This document shows, piece by piece, positions 29,982 to 40,916 of a stretch of 64,000 bases of DNA. The notes under the pieces are model-generated. The model did not search any database. It was given only the letters and a program-made list of their open reading frames with translations, and was not told the origin of the DNA. The position numbers and the translations under genes are program-made. Positions within the stretch are counted from its first letter, which is position 1. Each line of letters begins with the position of its first letter. Location of the stretch: assembly GCF_988242995.1 (NCBI RefSeq), contig NZ_OZ547043.1; one strand, given 5' to 3'.

Positions 29982-32222
29982 TCAGAAGTGAGTATTAATG
30001 CTCATATACCACGTACGTCCCGGCTCGTTATAGGTATACGCCCCGGCACCGGCGATATAGTTGGCTCCTGCCAGATCGCCCGTGGTCTGGGCATTACCCG
30101 CACGCCACAAACGTTTGTCGAACAGGTTGTCCACGCCGCCGGTCAGACTGACATTCTTCGTCACATCCCACGTCGCGCTCAGGCCTACAATGCTGTACGG
30201 GCTGATTTCTTTGGTTTCCGGTCCAACCGCTGGCTGACCTTTATAGTTGTACTTCTTCGGCTGCTGCTTGCCGTACCAGGTGAAGGTTGTTTGCATCGAC
30301 AAATCTTCCCGTGCCTGCCAGCTCAGCGTTGAGTTCAACGTATACTCCGGGATGATCGACAAACGGTCGCCCGTGGTTTTGTTTTCACTCTTCAGCATAT
30401 AAGTGATGTTATTGGTCCACATCACCGTTTCGCTAACCGGTACGTTTAACGATCCTTCCAGACCTTCAACCACCGCTTTCGGTACGTTATCCCACTGATA
30501 GAGATCGGTGCCGACTGCGTTTTGCCCTACAGCCACATAGCCCGCTTCAATCTTATTGCGATAATCGTTGCGGAACCAGGTGACGCCCGCCAGCCAGCCG
30601 TCGCGTTTGAACTCCAGGCCAATCTCCTTGTTGATACTGGTTTCCGCTTTCAGGTCATCATTACCTTGCAGATAGCAGCCGCCCGCGCTGGCATAGCAGC
30701 CCTGACCTTTACTGTAGAGAATGTAGTTTGGGTTAGTCTGGTACAGACTCGGCGCTTTATAAGCACGGGCAATGCCCATTTTCAGCGTGAAGTCATCGCC
30801 TAAACCTTGCGATATGTTTAGAGCCGGACTCCAGTTATTGCCAACAATGCTGTGATGATCGAAACGCAGCCCCGGCGTTACGATGGTGCTGTCAGTCAGC
30901 TCCATATTGTTTTCGGCAAACAGCGAGAAAATTTCTGCTTTTGAATACGGGCTACGGTCTGTCGCACTCACGCCATCAATAGCACCGCCGGTATTCGTCC
31001 CGGTGAGCGCCTGGGTGTTGGAACTTAAATCCTTCATCCGCTGCTGATTCCACTCCGTACCCAGCGTCAGCGTCTGGTTAACGAGGAAATCAATCGGCAG
31101 GTTAACTTCGCTGTGCAGCATCACGTCATCGAGATCGATATCGACGAAATCCTGTGTCGCTTTTTCGTTAAATTTCCCTTCGGTACCGCCCGCCAGACCT
31201 TCCGGAATACGCGAGTTACGGGTGTGTTCGTACTGCACCCAGTTGCTGGTGGTCACGCCGTTATCCCAGCCGCCGTTCCATGTCAGCGAGTAGTTCTGGC
31301 GATACAGACGGTTGGTTTCATCGCCATATTTCGAGCGGGTATAGGAGTCAGAGTTGGTGTTCTGGGTGTCGCCCGCATACAGGTTACCCTGGCGGCTGTA
31401 GCCCGCTTCCAGTTCGAGTGATTGCAGAGGCGCGAAGTCCCAGCGCACCACGCCATTAATATCTTTGTTAATTACCCCTTCGCGCCCGGCTGGTAACGTC
31501 GTGGCATACGTTCCGGCACGCGCGGACTGATGGCCCTGGTTGATATCCCACGCGTCAGCCTGGGTTTTGTCGAGGTTGCCATACAAGCGGAAGCTGAATT
31601 CGTCGCCCAGCGGACCGGTCAGGCTGAAGTTGGTGCGTTTAGTGGCACCTTCCTCTTTATGTTCTGGCGCATTGAAATAAGCGTCCCAGGAGCCGTGCCA
31701 CTCACCACTGCCTTTTTTGGTAATGATGTTAACCACGCCGCCCGCCGCGCCGTTGCCATAACGCGCAGCTGCCGGACCACGCAGAACTTCAATACGTTCA
31801 ATCATTTCAGGTGGCACCCAGGAAGTATCACCACGGGTATCGCGCTCGCCACGCCAGCCCTGACGCACCGAGTTACGGCTGCTTACCGGTTTGCCGTCAA
31901 TCAAAATCAGCGTGTTTTCCGGACCCATGCCGCGAATATCAATCTGGCGGTTATTACCACGCTGACCACTGGTGGAGTTGCCGGTCAGGTTAACGCCTGG
32001 CATGGTACGGATGATCTCCGACACATCGCGGGCAACCGGGTTTTTGCGGATTTCATCTGCGGTGATGGTCGAAACGCCAGGCGCCTGCAAGTTCTGCTCG
32101 GCGGCGGTAACGACAATGGTATCGTCATGTGAAACAGGAGTATCGGTCGGCTCTTGTGCCTGCGCTACCCCATAAATCCCCAGATTGACCAACAAGGCCA
32201 GGGAATGAATCTTCTTGTTCAT
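29982..32222 (-). CDS. fepA: Ferric enterobactin TonB-dependent outer membrane receptor FepA, 746 aa
   Basis: ORF track; start moved to MNKKIHSLALLVNLGIYGVAQA (signal peptide), codon 21 of the track ORF. Confidence 0.95.
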   Translation of the reverse strand: MNKKIHSLALLVNLGIYGVAQAQEPTDTPVSHDDTIVVTAAEQNLQAPGVSTITADEIRKNPVARDVSEIIRTMPGVNLTGNSTSGQRGNNRQIDIRGMGPENTLILIDGKPVSSRNSVRQGWRGERDTRGDTSWVPPEMIERIEVLRGPAAARYGNGAAGGVVNIITKKGSGEWHGSWDAYFNAPEHKEEGATKRTNFSLTGPLGDEFSFRLYGNLDKTQADAWDINQGHQSARAGTYATTLPAGREGVINKDINGVVRWDFAPLQSLELEAGYSRQGNLYAGDTQNTNSDSYTRSKYGDETNRLYRQNYSLTWNGGWDNGVTTSNWVQYEHTRNSRIPEGLAGGTEGKFNEKATQDFVDIDLDDVMLHSEVNLPIDFLVNQTLTLGTEWNQQRMKDLSSNTQALTGTNTGGAIDGVSATDRSPYSKAEIFSLFAENNMELTDSTIVTPGLRFDHHSIVGNNWSPALNISQGLGDDFTLKMGIARAYKAPSLYQTNPNYILYSKGQGCYASAGGCYLQGNDDLKAETSINKEIGLEFKRDGWLAGVTWFRNDYRNKIEAGYVAVGQNAVGTDLYQWDNVPKAVVEGLEGSLNVPVSETVMWTNNITYMLKSENKTTGDRLSIIPEYTLNSTLSWQAREDLSMQTTFTWYGKQQPKKYNYKGQPAVGPETKEISPYSIVGLSATWDVTKNVSLTGGVDNLFDKRLWRAGNAQTTGDLAGANYIAGAGAYTYNEPGRTWYMSINTHF

Positions 32223-32379
32223 TGTTTTATTCCTGCATTTTTGCCACGAATTGCAACTGTCGGGCATGGTCGTCATCAACACGACGCATCCCGCTACCGC
32301 GAAAACCTTTGATCCTGAAAGACACGCAGTGCAGTTGGTTAATTAATGTCCGCGCTTCCCACGGCGCGCCATTACGCTA

Positions 32380-32425
32380 TTGCAAATGCAAATAGTTATC
32401 AATAATATTATCAATATATTTCTGC
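32380..32425. promoter_or_regulatory. Fur-box region in the divergent fepA/fes promoter (AATAGTTATCAATAATATTATCAATA)
   Basis: AT-rich near-palindromic hexamer repeats resembling GATAATGATAATCATTATC. Confidence 0.5.
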
Positions 32426-32464
32426 AATCAATGAAAAATTGCACAGTAAACATGGGGTTATGGT

Positions 32465-33667
32465 GTGACGGCGTTAAAAGTAGGAAGTGAGAGCTGGTGG
32501 CAGTCGAAACATGGCCCGGAATGGCAGCGTCTGAATGACGAAATGTTTGAGGTCACTTTCTGGTGGCGTGATCCCCAAGGTTCTGAAGAATACTCGACGA
32601 TAAAGCGGGTATGGGTCTACATCACTGGTGTGACCGATCACCATCAGAACAGCCAGCCCCAGTCGATGCAGCGAATTGCAGGCACCAACGTCTGGCAGTG
32701 GACGACACAGCTCAATGCCTACTGGCGCGGCAGCTACTGCTTTATTCCCACCGAACGCGATGACATTTTTTCTGCACCATCCCCCGATCGCCTCGAATTA
32801 CGTGAAGGCTGGCGAAAACTATTACCCCAGGCGATAGCCGATCCGCTGAATCCACAAAGCTGGAAAGGCGGGCGAGGGCACGCTGTTTCTGCACTCGAAA
32901 TGCCGCAAGCGCCTCTGCAACCGGGTTGGGATTGTCCGCAAGCGCCAGAAACACCTGCCAAAGAAATTATCTGGAAAAGTGAACGGTTGAAGAATTCACG
33001 CCGTGTATGGATTTTTACCACCGGCGATGCAACAGCAGAAGAACGCCCGCTGGCAGTTTTGCTCGATGGCGAATTTTGGGCGCAAAGTATGCCCGTCTGG
33101 CCTGTGCTGACTTCGCTGACCCATCGTCAGCAACTTCCTCCCGCCGTGTATGTGTTGATCGACGCTATCGACACCACGCACCGTGCCCACGAACTGCCGT
33201 GTAATACGGATTTCTGGCTGGCAGTACAGCAAGAGTTATTACCCCTGGTGAAAGCTATTGCCCCTTTTAGCGATCGCGCCGATCGCACCGTGGTCGCCGG
33301 GCAGAGTTTTGGTGGGCTTTCTGCGCTGTATGCCGGACTGCACTGGCCTGAACGCTTTGGCTGTGTATTAAGCCAGTCAGGATCGTACTGGTGGCCGCAT
33401 CGGGGCGGGCACCAAGAGGGCGTGTTACTTGAACAGCTAAAAACTGGTGAAGTTAGCGCCGAAGGTCTGCGCATTGTGCTGGAAGCGGGTGTTCGCGAGC
33501 CGATGATCATGCGGGCCAATCAGGTGCTGTATGCGCAATTACACCCCATAAAAGAATCCATTTTCTGGCGTCAGGTTGACGGCGGACATGATGCGCTTTG
33601 TTGGCGCGGTGGCTTGATGCAGGGGCTAATCGACCTCTGGCAACCACTTTTCCATGACAGGAGTTGA
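32465..33667 (+). CDS. fes: Enterobactin esterase Fes (GTG start, 400 aa; alternative ATG start at 32543 gives 374 aa)
   Basis: ORF track MTALKVGSESWWQSKHGPEWQRLNDEMFEV... Confidence 0.9.
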   Translation: MTALKVGSESWWQSKHGPEWQRLNDEMFEVTFWWRDPQGSEEYSTIKRVWVYITGVTDHHQNSQPQSMQRIAGTNVWQWTTQLNAYWRGSYCFIPTERDDIFSAPSPDRLELREGWRKLLPQAIADPLNPQSWKGGRGHAVSALEMPQAPLQPGWDCPQAPETPAKEIIWKSERLKNSRRVWIFTTGDATAEERPLAVLLDGEFWAQSMPVWPVLTSLTHRQQLPPAVYVLIDAIDTTHRAHELPCNTDFWLAVQQELLPLVKAIAPFSDRADRTVVAGQSFGGLSALYAGLHWPERFGCVLSQSGSYWWPHRGGHQEGVLLEQLKTGEVSAEGLRIVLEAGVREPMIMRANQVLYAQLHPIKESIFWRQVDGGHDALCWRGGLMQGLIDLWQPLFHDRS

Positions 33668-33669
33668 AT

Positions 33670-33888
33670 ATGGCATTCAGTAATCCCTTCGATGATCCGC
33701 AGGGAGCGTTTTACATTTTGCGCAATGCGCAGGGGCAATTCAGTCTGTGGCCGCAACAATGCGCCTTACCGGCAGGCTGGGACGTTGTGTGTCAGCCGCA
33801 GTCACAGGCGTCCTGCCAGCAGTGGCTGGAAGCCCACTGGCGTACTCTGACACCGACGAATTTCACCCAGTTGCAGGAGGTGCAATGA
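33670..33888 (+). CDS. ybdZ: MbtH-like protein YbdZ, 72 aa
   Basis: ORF track; start set at MAFSNPFDDPQGAFYILRN; stop overlaps entF start (ATGA). Confidence 0.9.
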   Translation: MAFSNPFDDPQGAFYILRNAQGQFSLWPQQCALPAGWDVVCQPQSQASCQQWLEAHWRTLTPTNFTQLQEVQ

Positions 33889-36800
33889 GCCAGCATTTAC
33901 CTTTGGTCGCCGCACAGCCTGGCATCTGGATGGCAGAAAAACTGTCGGATTTACCCTCCACCTGGAGCGTGGCGCATTACGTTGAGTTAACCGGAGAGGT
34001 TGATGCGCCATTACTGGCCCGCGCGGTGGTTGCCGGATTAGCGCAAGCAGATACGCTGCGGATGCGTTTTACGGAAGATAACGGCGAAGTCTGGCAGTGG
34101 GTCGATGATGCGCTGACGTTCGAACTGCCAGAAATTATCGATCTGCGTACCAACATTGATCCGCACGGTACTGCGCAGGCATTAATGCAGGCGGATTTAC
34201 AGCAAAATCTACGTGCCGACAGCGGCAAACCGCTGGTCTTTCATCAGCTCATTCAGGTGGCAGATAACCGCTGGTATTGGTATCAGCGTTATCACCATTT
34301 GCTGGTCGATGGCTTCAGTTTCCCGGCCATTACCCGCCAGATCGCCAATATTTACTGCGCATGGCTGCGTGGCGAACCAACGCCTGCTTCGCCGTTTACG
34401 CCTTTCGCTGATGTCGTGGAAGAGTACCAGCAATACCGCGAAAGCGAAGCTTGGCAGCGTGATGCGGCATTCTGGGCGGAACAGCGTCGTCAACTGCCAC
34501 CGCCCGCGTCACTTTCTCCGGCACCTTTACCGGGGCGCAGCGCTTCGGCAGATATTTTGCGCCTGAAACTGGAATTTACAGACGGGGAATTCCGCCAGCT
34601 GGCTACGCAACTTTCAGGTGTGCAGCGTACCGATTTAGCACTTGCGTTGGCGGCTTTGTGGCTGGGGCGATTGTGCAACCGCATGGACTACGCTGCCGGA
34701 TTTATCTTTATGCGTCGACTGGGCTCGGCGGCGCTGACGGCTACCGGACCCGTGCTCAACGTTTTACCGTTGGGTATTCACATTGCGGCGCAAGAAACGC
34801 TACCAGAACTGGCAACCCGACTGGCGGCTCAACTGAAAAAAATGCGTCGCCATCAACGTTACGATGCCGAACAAATTGTCCGTGACAGCGGGCGAGTGGC
34901 AGGAGAGGAGCCTCTGTTCGGTCCGGTACTCAATATCAAGGTATTTGATTACCAACTGGATATTCCTGGTGTTCAGGCGCAAACCCATACCCTGGCAACC
35001 GGTCCGGTTAATGACCTTGAGCTGGCCCTGTTCCCGGATGAACACGGTGATTTGAGTATTGAGATCCTCGCCAATAAACAGCGTTACGATGAGCCAACGT
35101 TAATTCAACACGCTGAACGCCTGAAAATGCTGATTGCCCAGTTCGCCGCGGATCCGGCGCTGTTGTGCGGCGATGTCGATATTATGCTGCCAGGTGAATA
35201 TGTGCAGCTGGCGCAGATCAACGCCACTCAGGTTGAGATTCCAGAAACCACGCTGAGCGCGCTGGTGGCGGAACAGGCGGCAAAAACACCGCATGCTCCG
35301 GCGCTGGTTGATGCGAGTTACCAGTTTAGCTATCGGGAAATGCGCGAGCAGGTGGTGGCGCTGGCGAATCTGCTGCGTGAGCGCGGCGTTAAACCAGGCG
35401 ACAGCGTGGCGGTGGCGCTACCGCGCTCGGTCTTTTTGACTCTGGCGCTACATGCAATTGTTGAGGCTGGTGCGGCCTGGTTACCGCTGGATACCGGCTA
35501 TCCGGACGATCGCCTGAAAATGATGCTGGAAGATGCGCGTCCGTCGCTGTTAATCACCACCGACGATCAACTGCCGCGCTTTGCCGATGTTCCAGATTTA
35601 ACCAGCCTTTGCTATAACGCCCCGCTTACACCGCAGGGCAGTGCGCCGCTGAAACTTTCACAACCGCACCACACGGCTTATATCATCTTTACCTCTGGCT
35701 CCACCGGCAGGCCGAAAGGGGTAATGGTCGGGCAGACGGCTATCGTTAACCGCCTGCTTTGGATGCAAAACCACTACCCGCTTACAGGCGAAGATGTCGT
35801 TGCCCAAAAAACGCCGTGCAGTTTTGATGTCTCGGTGTGGGAGTTTTTCTGGCCGTTTATTGCCGGGGCTAAACTGGTGATGGCTGAACCGGAAGCGCAC
35901 CGCGATCCGCTCGCTATGCAGCAATTCTTTGCCGAATATGGCGTAACGACCACGCACTTTGTGCCGTCGATGCTGGCGGCATTTGTTGCATCGCTGACTC
36001 CGCAAACCGCTCGCCAGAATTGCGCGACGTTGAAACAGGTTTTCTGTAGTGGTGAGGCCTTACCCGCTGATTTATGCCGCGAATGGCAACAGTTAACCAG
36101 CGTGCCGTTGCATAATCTATATGGCCCGACGGAAGCGGCGGTAGATGTCAGCTGGTATCCGGCTTTTGGCGAGGAACTGGCAGAGGTGCGCGGCAGTAGT
36201 GTGCCGATTGGTTATCCGGTGTGGAATACGGGCCTGCGTATTCTTGATGCGATGATGCATCCGGTGCCGCCAGGTGTGGCGGGTGATCTCTATCTCACTG
36301 GCATACAACTGGCGCAGGGCTATCTCGGACGCCCCGATCTGACCGCCAGCCGCTTTATTGCCGATCCTTTTGCCCCAGGTGAACGGATGTACCGTACCGG
36401 AGACGTTGCCCGCTGGCTGGATAACGGCGCGGTGGAGTACCTCGGGCGCAGTGACGATCAGCTAAAAATTCGCGGGCAGCGTATCGAACTGGGCGAAATC
36501 GACCGCGTGATGCAGGCGCTGCCGGACGTTGAACAGGCCGTGACCCACGCCTGCGTTATTAACCAGGCTGCCGCAACGGGAGGCGATGCGCGTCAGTTGG
36601 TTGGGTATCTGGTGTCGCAATCAGGCCTGCCGTTGGATACCACTGCATTGCAGGCGCAGTTGCGCGAAACATTGCCACCGCATATGGTGCCCGTGGTTCT
36701 GCTGCAACTTCCGCAGTTGCCGCTTAGCGCCAACGGCAAGCTGGATCGCAAAGCCTTACCGTTGCCTGAACTGAAGGCACAAGCGCCGGGGCGTGCGCCG

Positions 36801-37766
36801 AAAGCGGGCAGTGAAACGATTATCGCCGCGGCATTCTCGTCGTTGCTGGGTTGTGACGTGCAGGATGCCGATGCTGATTTCTTCGCGCTTGGTGGTCATT
36901 CGCTACTGGCAATGAAATTGGCAGCGCAGTTAAGTCGGCAGTTTTCCCGTCAGGTGACGCCGGGGCAGGTGATGGTCGCATCAACCGTCGCCAAACTGGC
37001 AACGATTATTGATGGTGAAGAAGACAGCTCCCGGCGCATGGGATTCGAAACCATTCTGCCGTTGCGTGAAGGTAATGGCCCGACGCTGTTTTGTTTCCAT
37101 CCGGCCTCCGGTTTTGCCTGGCAGTTTAGCGTGCTTTCGCGTTATCTCGATCCACAATGGTCGATTATTGGCATTCAGTCGCCGCGCCCTCATGGCCCCA
37201 TGCAGACGGCGGCAAACCTGGATGAAGTCTGCGAAGCGCATCTGGCAACGTTACTTGAACAACAACCGCACGGCCCTTATTACCTGCTGGGGTATTCGCT
37301 GGGCGGTACGCTGGCGCAGGGCATTGCGGCGCGACTGCGTGCCCGTGGCGAACAGGTGGCATTTCTTGGCTTGCTGGATACCTGGCCGCCAGAAACGCAA
37401 AACTGGCAGGAAAAAGAGGCTAATGGTCTGGACCCGGAAGTGCTGGCGGAGATTAACCGCGAGCGCGAGGCCTTCCTGGCGGCACAACAGGGAAGTACTT
37501 CAACGGATTTGTTTACCACCATTGAAGGCAACTACGCTGATGCTGTGCGCCTGCTGACGACTGCTCATAGCGTACCGTTTGAAGGTAAAGCGACGCTGTT
37601 TGTTGCTGAACGCACACTTCAGGAAGGTATGAATCCCGAACGCGCCTGGTCGCCGTGGATTGCGGAGCTGGATATCTATCGTCAGGATTGTGCGCATGTG
37701 GATATTATCTCTCCAGGGGCGTTTGAAAAAATTGGGCCGATTATTCGCGCTACGCTAAACAGGTAA
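33885..37766 (+). CDS. entF: Enterobactin non-ribosomal peptide synthetase EntF (C-A-PCP-TE), 1293 aa
   Basis: ORF track; start moved to MSQHLPLVAAQPGIWMAEKL (ATG 33885, GGAGG RBS); track ORF over-extended. Confidence 0.97.
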   Translation: MSQHLPLVAAQPGIWMAEKLSDLPSTWSVAHYVELTGEVDAPLLARAVVAGLAQADTLRMRFTEDNGEVWQWVDDALTFELPEIIDLRTNIDPHGTAQALMQADLQQNLRADSGKPLVFHQLIQVADNRWYWYQRYHHLLVDGFSFPAITRQIANIYCAWLRGEPTPASPFTPFADVVEEYQQYRESEAWQRDAAFWAEQRRQLPPPASLSPAPLPGRSASADILRLKLEFTDGEFRQLATQLSGVQRTDLALALAALWLGRLCNRMDYAAGFIFMRRLGSAALTATGPVLNVLPLGIHIAAQETLPELATRLAAQLKKMRRHQRYDAEQIVRDSGRVAGEEPLFGPVLNIKVFDYQLDIPGVQAQTHTLATGPVNDLELALFPDEHGDLSIEILANKQRYDEPTLIQHAERLKMLIAQFAADPALLCGDVDIMLPGEYVQLAQINATQVEIPETTLSALVAEQAAKTPHAPALVDASYQFSYREMREQVVALANLLRERGVKPGDSVAVALPRSVFLTLALHAIVEAGAAWLPLDTGYPDDRLKMMLEDARPSLLITTDDQLPRFADVPDLTSLCYNAPLTPQGSAPLKLSQPHHTAYIIFTSGSTGRPKGVMVGQTAIVNRLLWMQNHYPLTGEDVVAQKTPCSFDVSVWEFFWPFIAGAKLVMAEPEAHRDPLAMQQFFAEYGVTTTHFVPSMLAAFVASLTPQTARQNCATLKQVFCSGEALPADLCREWQQLTSVPLHNLYGPTEAAVDVSWYPAFGEELAEVRGSSVPIGYPVWNTGLRILDAMMHPVPPGVAGDLYLTGIQLAQGYLGRPDLTASRFIADPFAPGERMYRTGDVARWLDNGAVEYLGRSDDQLKIRGQRIELGEIDRVMQALPDVEQAVTHACVINQAAATGGDARQLVGYLVSQSGLPLDTTALQAQLRETLPPHMVPVVLLQLPQLPLSANGKLDRKALPLPELKAQAPGRAPKAGSETIIAAAFSSLLGCDVQDADADFFALGGHSLLAMKLAAQLSRQFSRQVTPGQVMVASTVAKLATIIDGEEDSSRRMGFETILPLREGNGPTLFCFHPASGFAWQFSVLSRYLDPQWSIIGIQSPRPHGPMQTAANLDEVCEAHLATLLEQQPHGPYYLLGYSLGGTLAQGIAARLRARGEQVAFLGLLDTWPPETQNWQEKEANGLDPEVLAEINREREAFLAAQQGSTSTDLFTTIEGNYADAVRLLTTAHSVPFEGKATLFVAERTLQEGMNPERAWSPWIAELDIYRQDCAHVDIISPGAFEKIGPIIRATLNR

Positions 37767-37781
37767 ATTAATATTATCTAT

Positions 37782-37826
37782 AAACCCATAATTACAGGAA
37801 ATAATTATGGGTTTATCATTTATTTA
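37782..37826 (+). terminator. Rho-independent terminator after entF (AAACCCATAATTA...TAATTATGGGTTT followed by T-rich tract)
   Basis: Perfect 13-bp inverted repeat read from sequence. Confidence 0.65.
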
Positions 37827-37981
37827 ATTTATAAGTTTGGTGGATATTTCTCTTAAATAGAGTGAATGTTGCATTCAGTGGAAGGAATTTACAAACTTCA
37901 GCTTCGGATAATTCTCACCAACTGGTAAAGTGAGCGCCGTGGAGATTTCCCCCTATTGGACTCATTTTCAGGTTATACCCC

Positions 37982-39115
37982 ATGTCATCACTGAATATTA
38001 AACAGGGAAGTGACGCTCATTTTCCCGAGTATCCTCTGGCGTCGCCCAGTAATAATGAAATTGATTTACTTAATCTAATCGCAGTTTTATGGCGGGCCAA
38101 AAAAACGGTCATGGCGGTCATTTTTGCATTTGCCTGCGCAGGTTTACTGATCTCTTTCATCCTGCCGCAAAAATGGACCAGCGCGGCGGTTGTCACGCCT
38201 CCAGAACCTGTTCAGTGGCAGGCGCTTGAGAAAACATTCACTAAGCTTCGTGTGCTGGATCTGGATATCAAAATTGATCGTACAGAAGCATTTAACCTGT
38301 TTATCAAGAAGTTTCAGTCGGTTAGCTTGCTGGAAGAGTACCTGCGCTCAACACCTTATGTGATGGACCAATTAAAAGAGGCGAAAATCGACGAACTGGA
38401 TTTGCATCGCGCAATTGTCGCATTGAGCGAAAAAATGAAAGCGGTTGATGACAATGCCAGTAAGAAAAAAGATGAACCGTCACTGTATACCTCCTGGACG
38501 CTAAGTTTTACCGCGCCAACCAGCGAAGAGGCGCAGACCGTTTTGAGCGGGTATATCGATTATATCTCTGCGTTGGTGGTGAAAGAGTCGATAGAAAACG
38601 TCCGTAATAAACTGGAGATCAAAACCCAGTTTGAAAAAGAAAAACTGGCTCAGGATCGCATTAAAACGAAAAATCAACTTGATGCAAACATTCAGCGCCT
38701 CAATTATTCACTCGACATTGCCAACGCGGCAGGAATTAAAAAGCCCGTTTACAGTAATGGTCAGGCCGTTAAAGATGACCCCGATTTCTCTATTTCTCTC
38801 GGCGCAGACGGTATTGAACGCAAACTGGAAATTGAAAAAGCGGTTACTGACGTTGCGGAACTGAACGGTGAATTACGTAATCGTCAGTATCTTGTCGAGC
38901 AATTAACAAAAGCAAATATCAACGATGTGAATTTTACGCCGTTTAAATATCAGTTAAGCCCGTCATTGCCAGTGAAAAAAGACGGTCCGGGTAAGGCGAT
39001 TATTGTGATCCTTTCTGCGATGATCGGCGGGATGGTGGCTTGTGGTGGCGTGCTGTTGCGCTATGCGATGGCATCCAGAAAACAGGATGCCGTGATGGAA
39101 GAGCACTTAGTTTAA
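37982..39115 (+). CDS. fepE: Polysaccharide co-polymerase (O-antigen chain-length regulator family) FepE, 377 aa
   Basis: ORF track MSSLNIKQGSDAHFPEYPLASPSNNEIDLL... Confidence 0.95.
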   Translation: MSSLNIKQGSDAHFPEYPLASPSNNEIDLLNLIAVLWRAKKTVMAVIFAFACAGLLISFILPQKWTSAAVVTPPEPVQWQALEKTFTKLRVLDLDIKIDRTEAFNLFIKKFQSVSLLEEYLRSTPYVMDQLKEAKIDELDLHRAIVALSEKMKAVDDNASKKKDEPSLYTSWTLSFTAPTSEEAQTVLSGYIDYISALVVKESIENVRNKLEIKTQFEKEKLAQDRIKTKNQLDANIQRLNYSLDIANAAGIKKPVYSNGQAVKDDPDFSISLGADGIERKLEIEKAVTDVAELNGELRNRQYLVEQLTKANINDVNFTPFKYQLSPSLPVKKDGPGKAIIVILSAMIGGMVACGGVLLRYAMASRKQDAVMEEHLV

Positions 39116-39927
39116 ATCTTGGCAGTTGAAGGTGCCGTTCGTCCGAGCGGCACCACGAGCGGCGTTCCGGCTACCGGATCGTCAATAATCATGCAGCGCA
39201 GACCATAAATGCGCTCGATCAATTCAGCAGTGACAATCTCCTTCGGCGCTCCCTGAGCAACAATTTTCCCTTCCCGCAATGCAATCAAATGGCTGGCGTA
39301 ACGACAGGCCTGATTAAGATCGTGCAGCACCGCCGCCAGGGTATAGCCTTTCTCGCGGTTCAGTTCGCTTAACAGTTCCAGCAAATCAATCTGATGACTG
39401 ATATCCAGCCAGGTCGTGGGTTCGTCGAGCAGCATAATTGCCGTTTCCTGGGCCAGCACCATCGCGATCCACGCTCGCTGGCGTTGTCCGCCAGAAAGGG
39501 TATCCACGCTTTGATCCGCCAGATGAGTTATTCCCGTGGCCTGCATCGCTTTTGTGACTGCCTCTTCATCTTCTTTCCGCCAGCGGGTAAACAGCGGTTG
39601 ATGTGGGTAACGTCCACGCGCCACCAGCTCCTGCACGGTGATATCGCCCGGCGTGGTGGCATTTTGCGCCAACAGGCCAATCCGGCGTGCAACCTCTTTA
39701 CTGGCGTAATGTTGAATGTGCTCACCATCCAGCCAGACATGCCCGTGAGCAGGCGTCATCAGGCGGCTTAAGGTACGCAGTAACGTGGATTTACCGCAGC
39801 CATTTGGCCCGATAATTGCCGTGAAGTGACCATCAGGAATTTCTACAGTCAGATTTTCCGCAACGGTATATTTGCCATATCCGAGGGTTAACTGTTCGCC
39901 ACGCAAACGGGCTACTGATTCGGTCAT
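39112..39927 (-). CDS. fepC: Ferric enterobactin ABC transporter ATPase FepC, 271 aa
   Basis: ORF track; start moved to MTESVARLRGEQLTLGYGKY; Walker A GPNGCGKST. Confidence 0.95.
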   Translation of the reverse strand: MTESVARLRGEQLTLGYGKYTVAENLTVEIPDGHFTAIIGPNGCGKSTLLRTLSRLMTPAHGHVWLDGEHIQHYASKEVARRIGLLAQNATTPGDITVQELVARGRYPHQPLFTRWRKEDEEAVTKAMQATGITHLADQSVDTLSGGQRQRAWIAMVLAQETAIMLLDEPTTWLDISHQIDLLELLSELNREKGYTLAAVLHDLNQACRYASHLIALREGKIVAQGAPKEIVTAELIERIYGLRCMIIDDPVAGTPLVVPLGRTAPSTAKI

Positions 39928-40916
39928 TTTTTGCGAGACTCCTGAATTAACAAGACGATAAGGTAAATACCGCCAAGGCTGACGGTAACGACGCCAACCG
40001 GAAGTTGATACGGCATAAACAGTTGTTGGGCGCAGAGATCGGCCACCAGCAGTAACAGCGCTCCGCACAGCGCCGCCTGGGTTAGCCCCCAGCGAGCGGT
40101 GCCGCTAATGCGTCGGGCAATGTGCGGCGCGACTAAAGCAATAAAGGAAATCGGCCCGGCAAGCGCCGTTGCCGCAGCGGTAAGCACCACTGCAACCAGC
40201 ATCATTAACAGCCGCGAACGTTCGACGCTGACGCCCAGCGCACACGCGGTGTCATCGCCCATTTCCAGCAAGCGCATTCGCCGCACCAGCAAGGCGGCGG
40301 CAATGAGCATCAATATAATGATGGGTGCGGAAGGCGAGGTTTTTGCCCACGTCAGGCCGTTGAGCGATCCGGCATTCCACAAACCCGCTGTTAGCGCCGT
40401 TTCTAAAGACGCTTTCAGCAACAGCCAGGTATTAAAGGCCACCAGCATGGCGCGAACGCCGATACCAATAATAATCAACCGAAAGGTGTCGATGCCGTTA
40501 CGCCAGGCGAGCAGCCAGACCAGCAGCGAGGTGACAATGCCGCCCACCATTGCTGCCAGGGCAATAGCCGTCAGGTCCTGACCAAATAGCACCATCGCCA
40601 CCAGCACGCCGCTCCACGCCCCGGTGTTAAAGCCCATTACGTCAGGGCTGCCGAGCGGGTTACGCATCAGCGACTGAAAAATCGCGCCGCTGACGCCCAG
40701 TGACGCGCCAATCAACAGCGCCATCAGTACGCGTGGTAAACGCCATTCGGTGACTACCATCGTCATACTGCGCGGTGCATCGCCCATCAGCGCGGCGAAT
40801 ACCTGCGAGGTTTCCAGCGTGACGGCACCGCTGCGTAATCCCCAGATACCTGCAACCACACAGGCGGAAACCAGCAGCAAACAGGTGATAATTAATCGGC
40901 GAGAGACGTAAATCAT
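39924..40916 (-). CDS. fepG: Ferric enterobactin ABC transporter permease FepG, 330 aa
   Basis: ORF track; ATGA overlaps with fepD and fepC. Confidence 0.95.
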   Translation of the reverse strand: MIYVSRRLIITCLLLVSACVVAGIWGLRSGAVTLETSQVFAALMGDAPRSMTMVVTEWRLPRVLMALLIGASLGVSGAIFQSLMRNPLGSPDVMGFNTGAWSGVLVAMVLFGQDLTAIALAAMVGGIVTSLLVWLLAWRNGIDTFRLIIIGIGVRAMLVAFNTWLLLKASLETALTAGLWNAGSLNGLTWAKTSPSAPIIILMLIAAALLVRRMRLLEMGDDTACALGVSVERSRLLMMLVAVVLTAAATALAGPISFIALVAPHIARRISGTARWGLTQAALCGALLLLVADLCAQQLFMPYQLPVGVVTVSLGGIYLIVLLIQESRKK

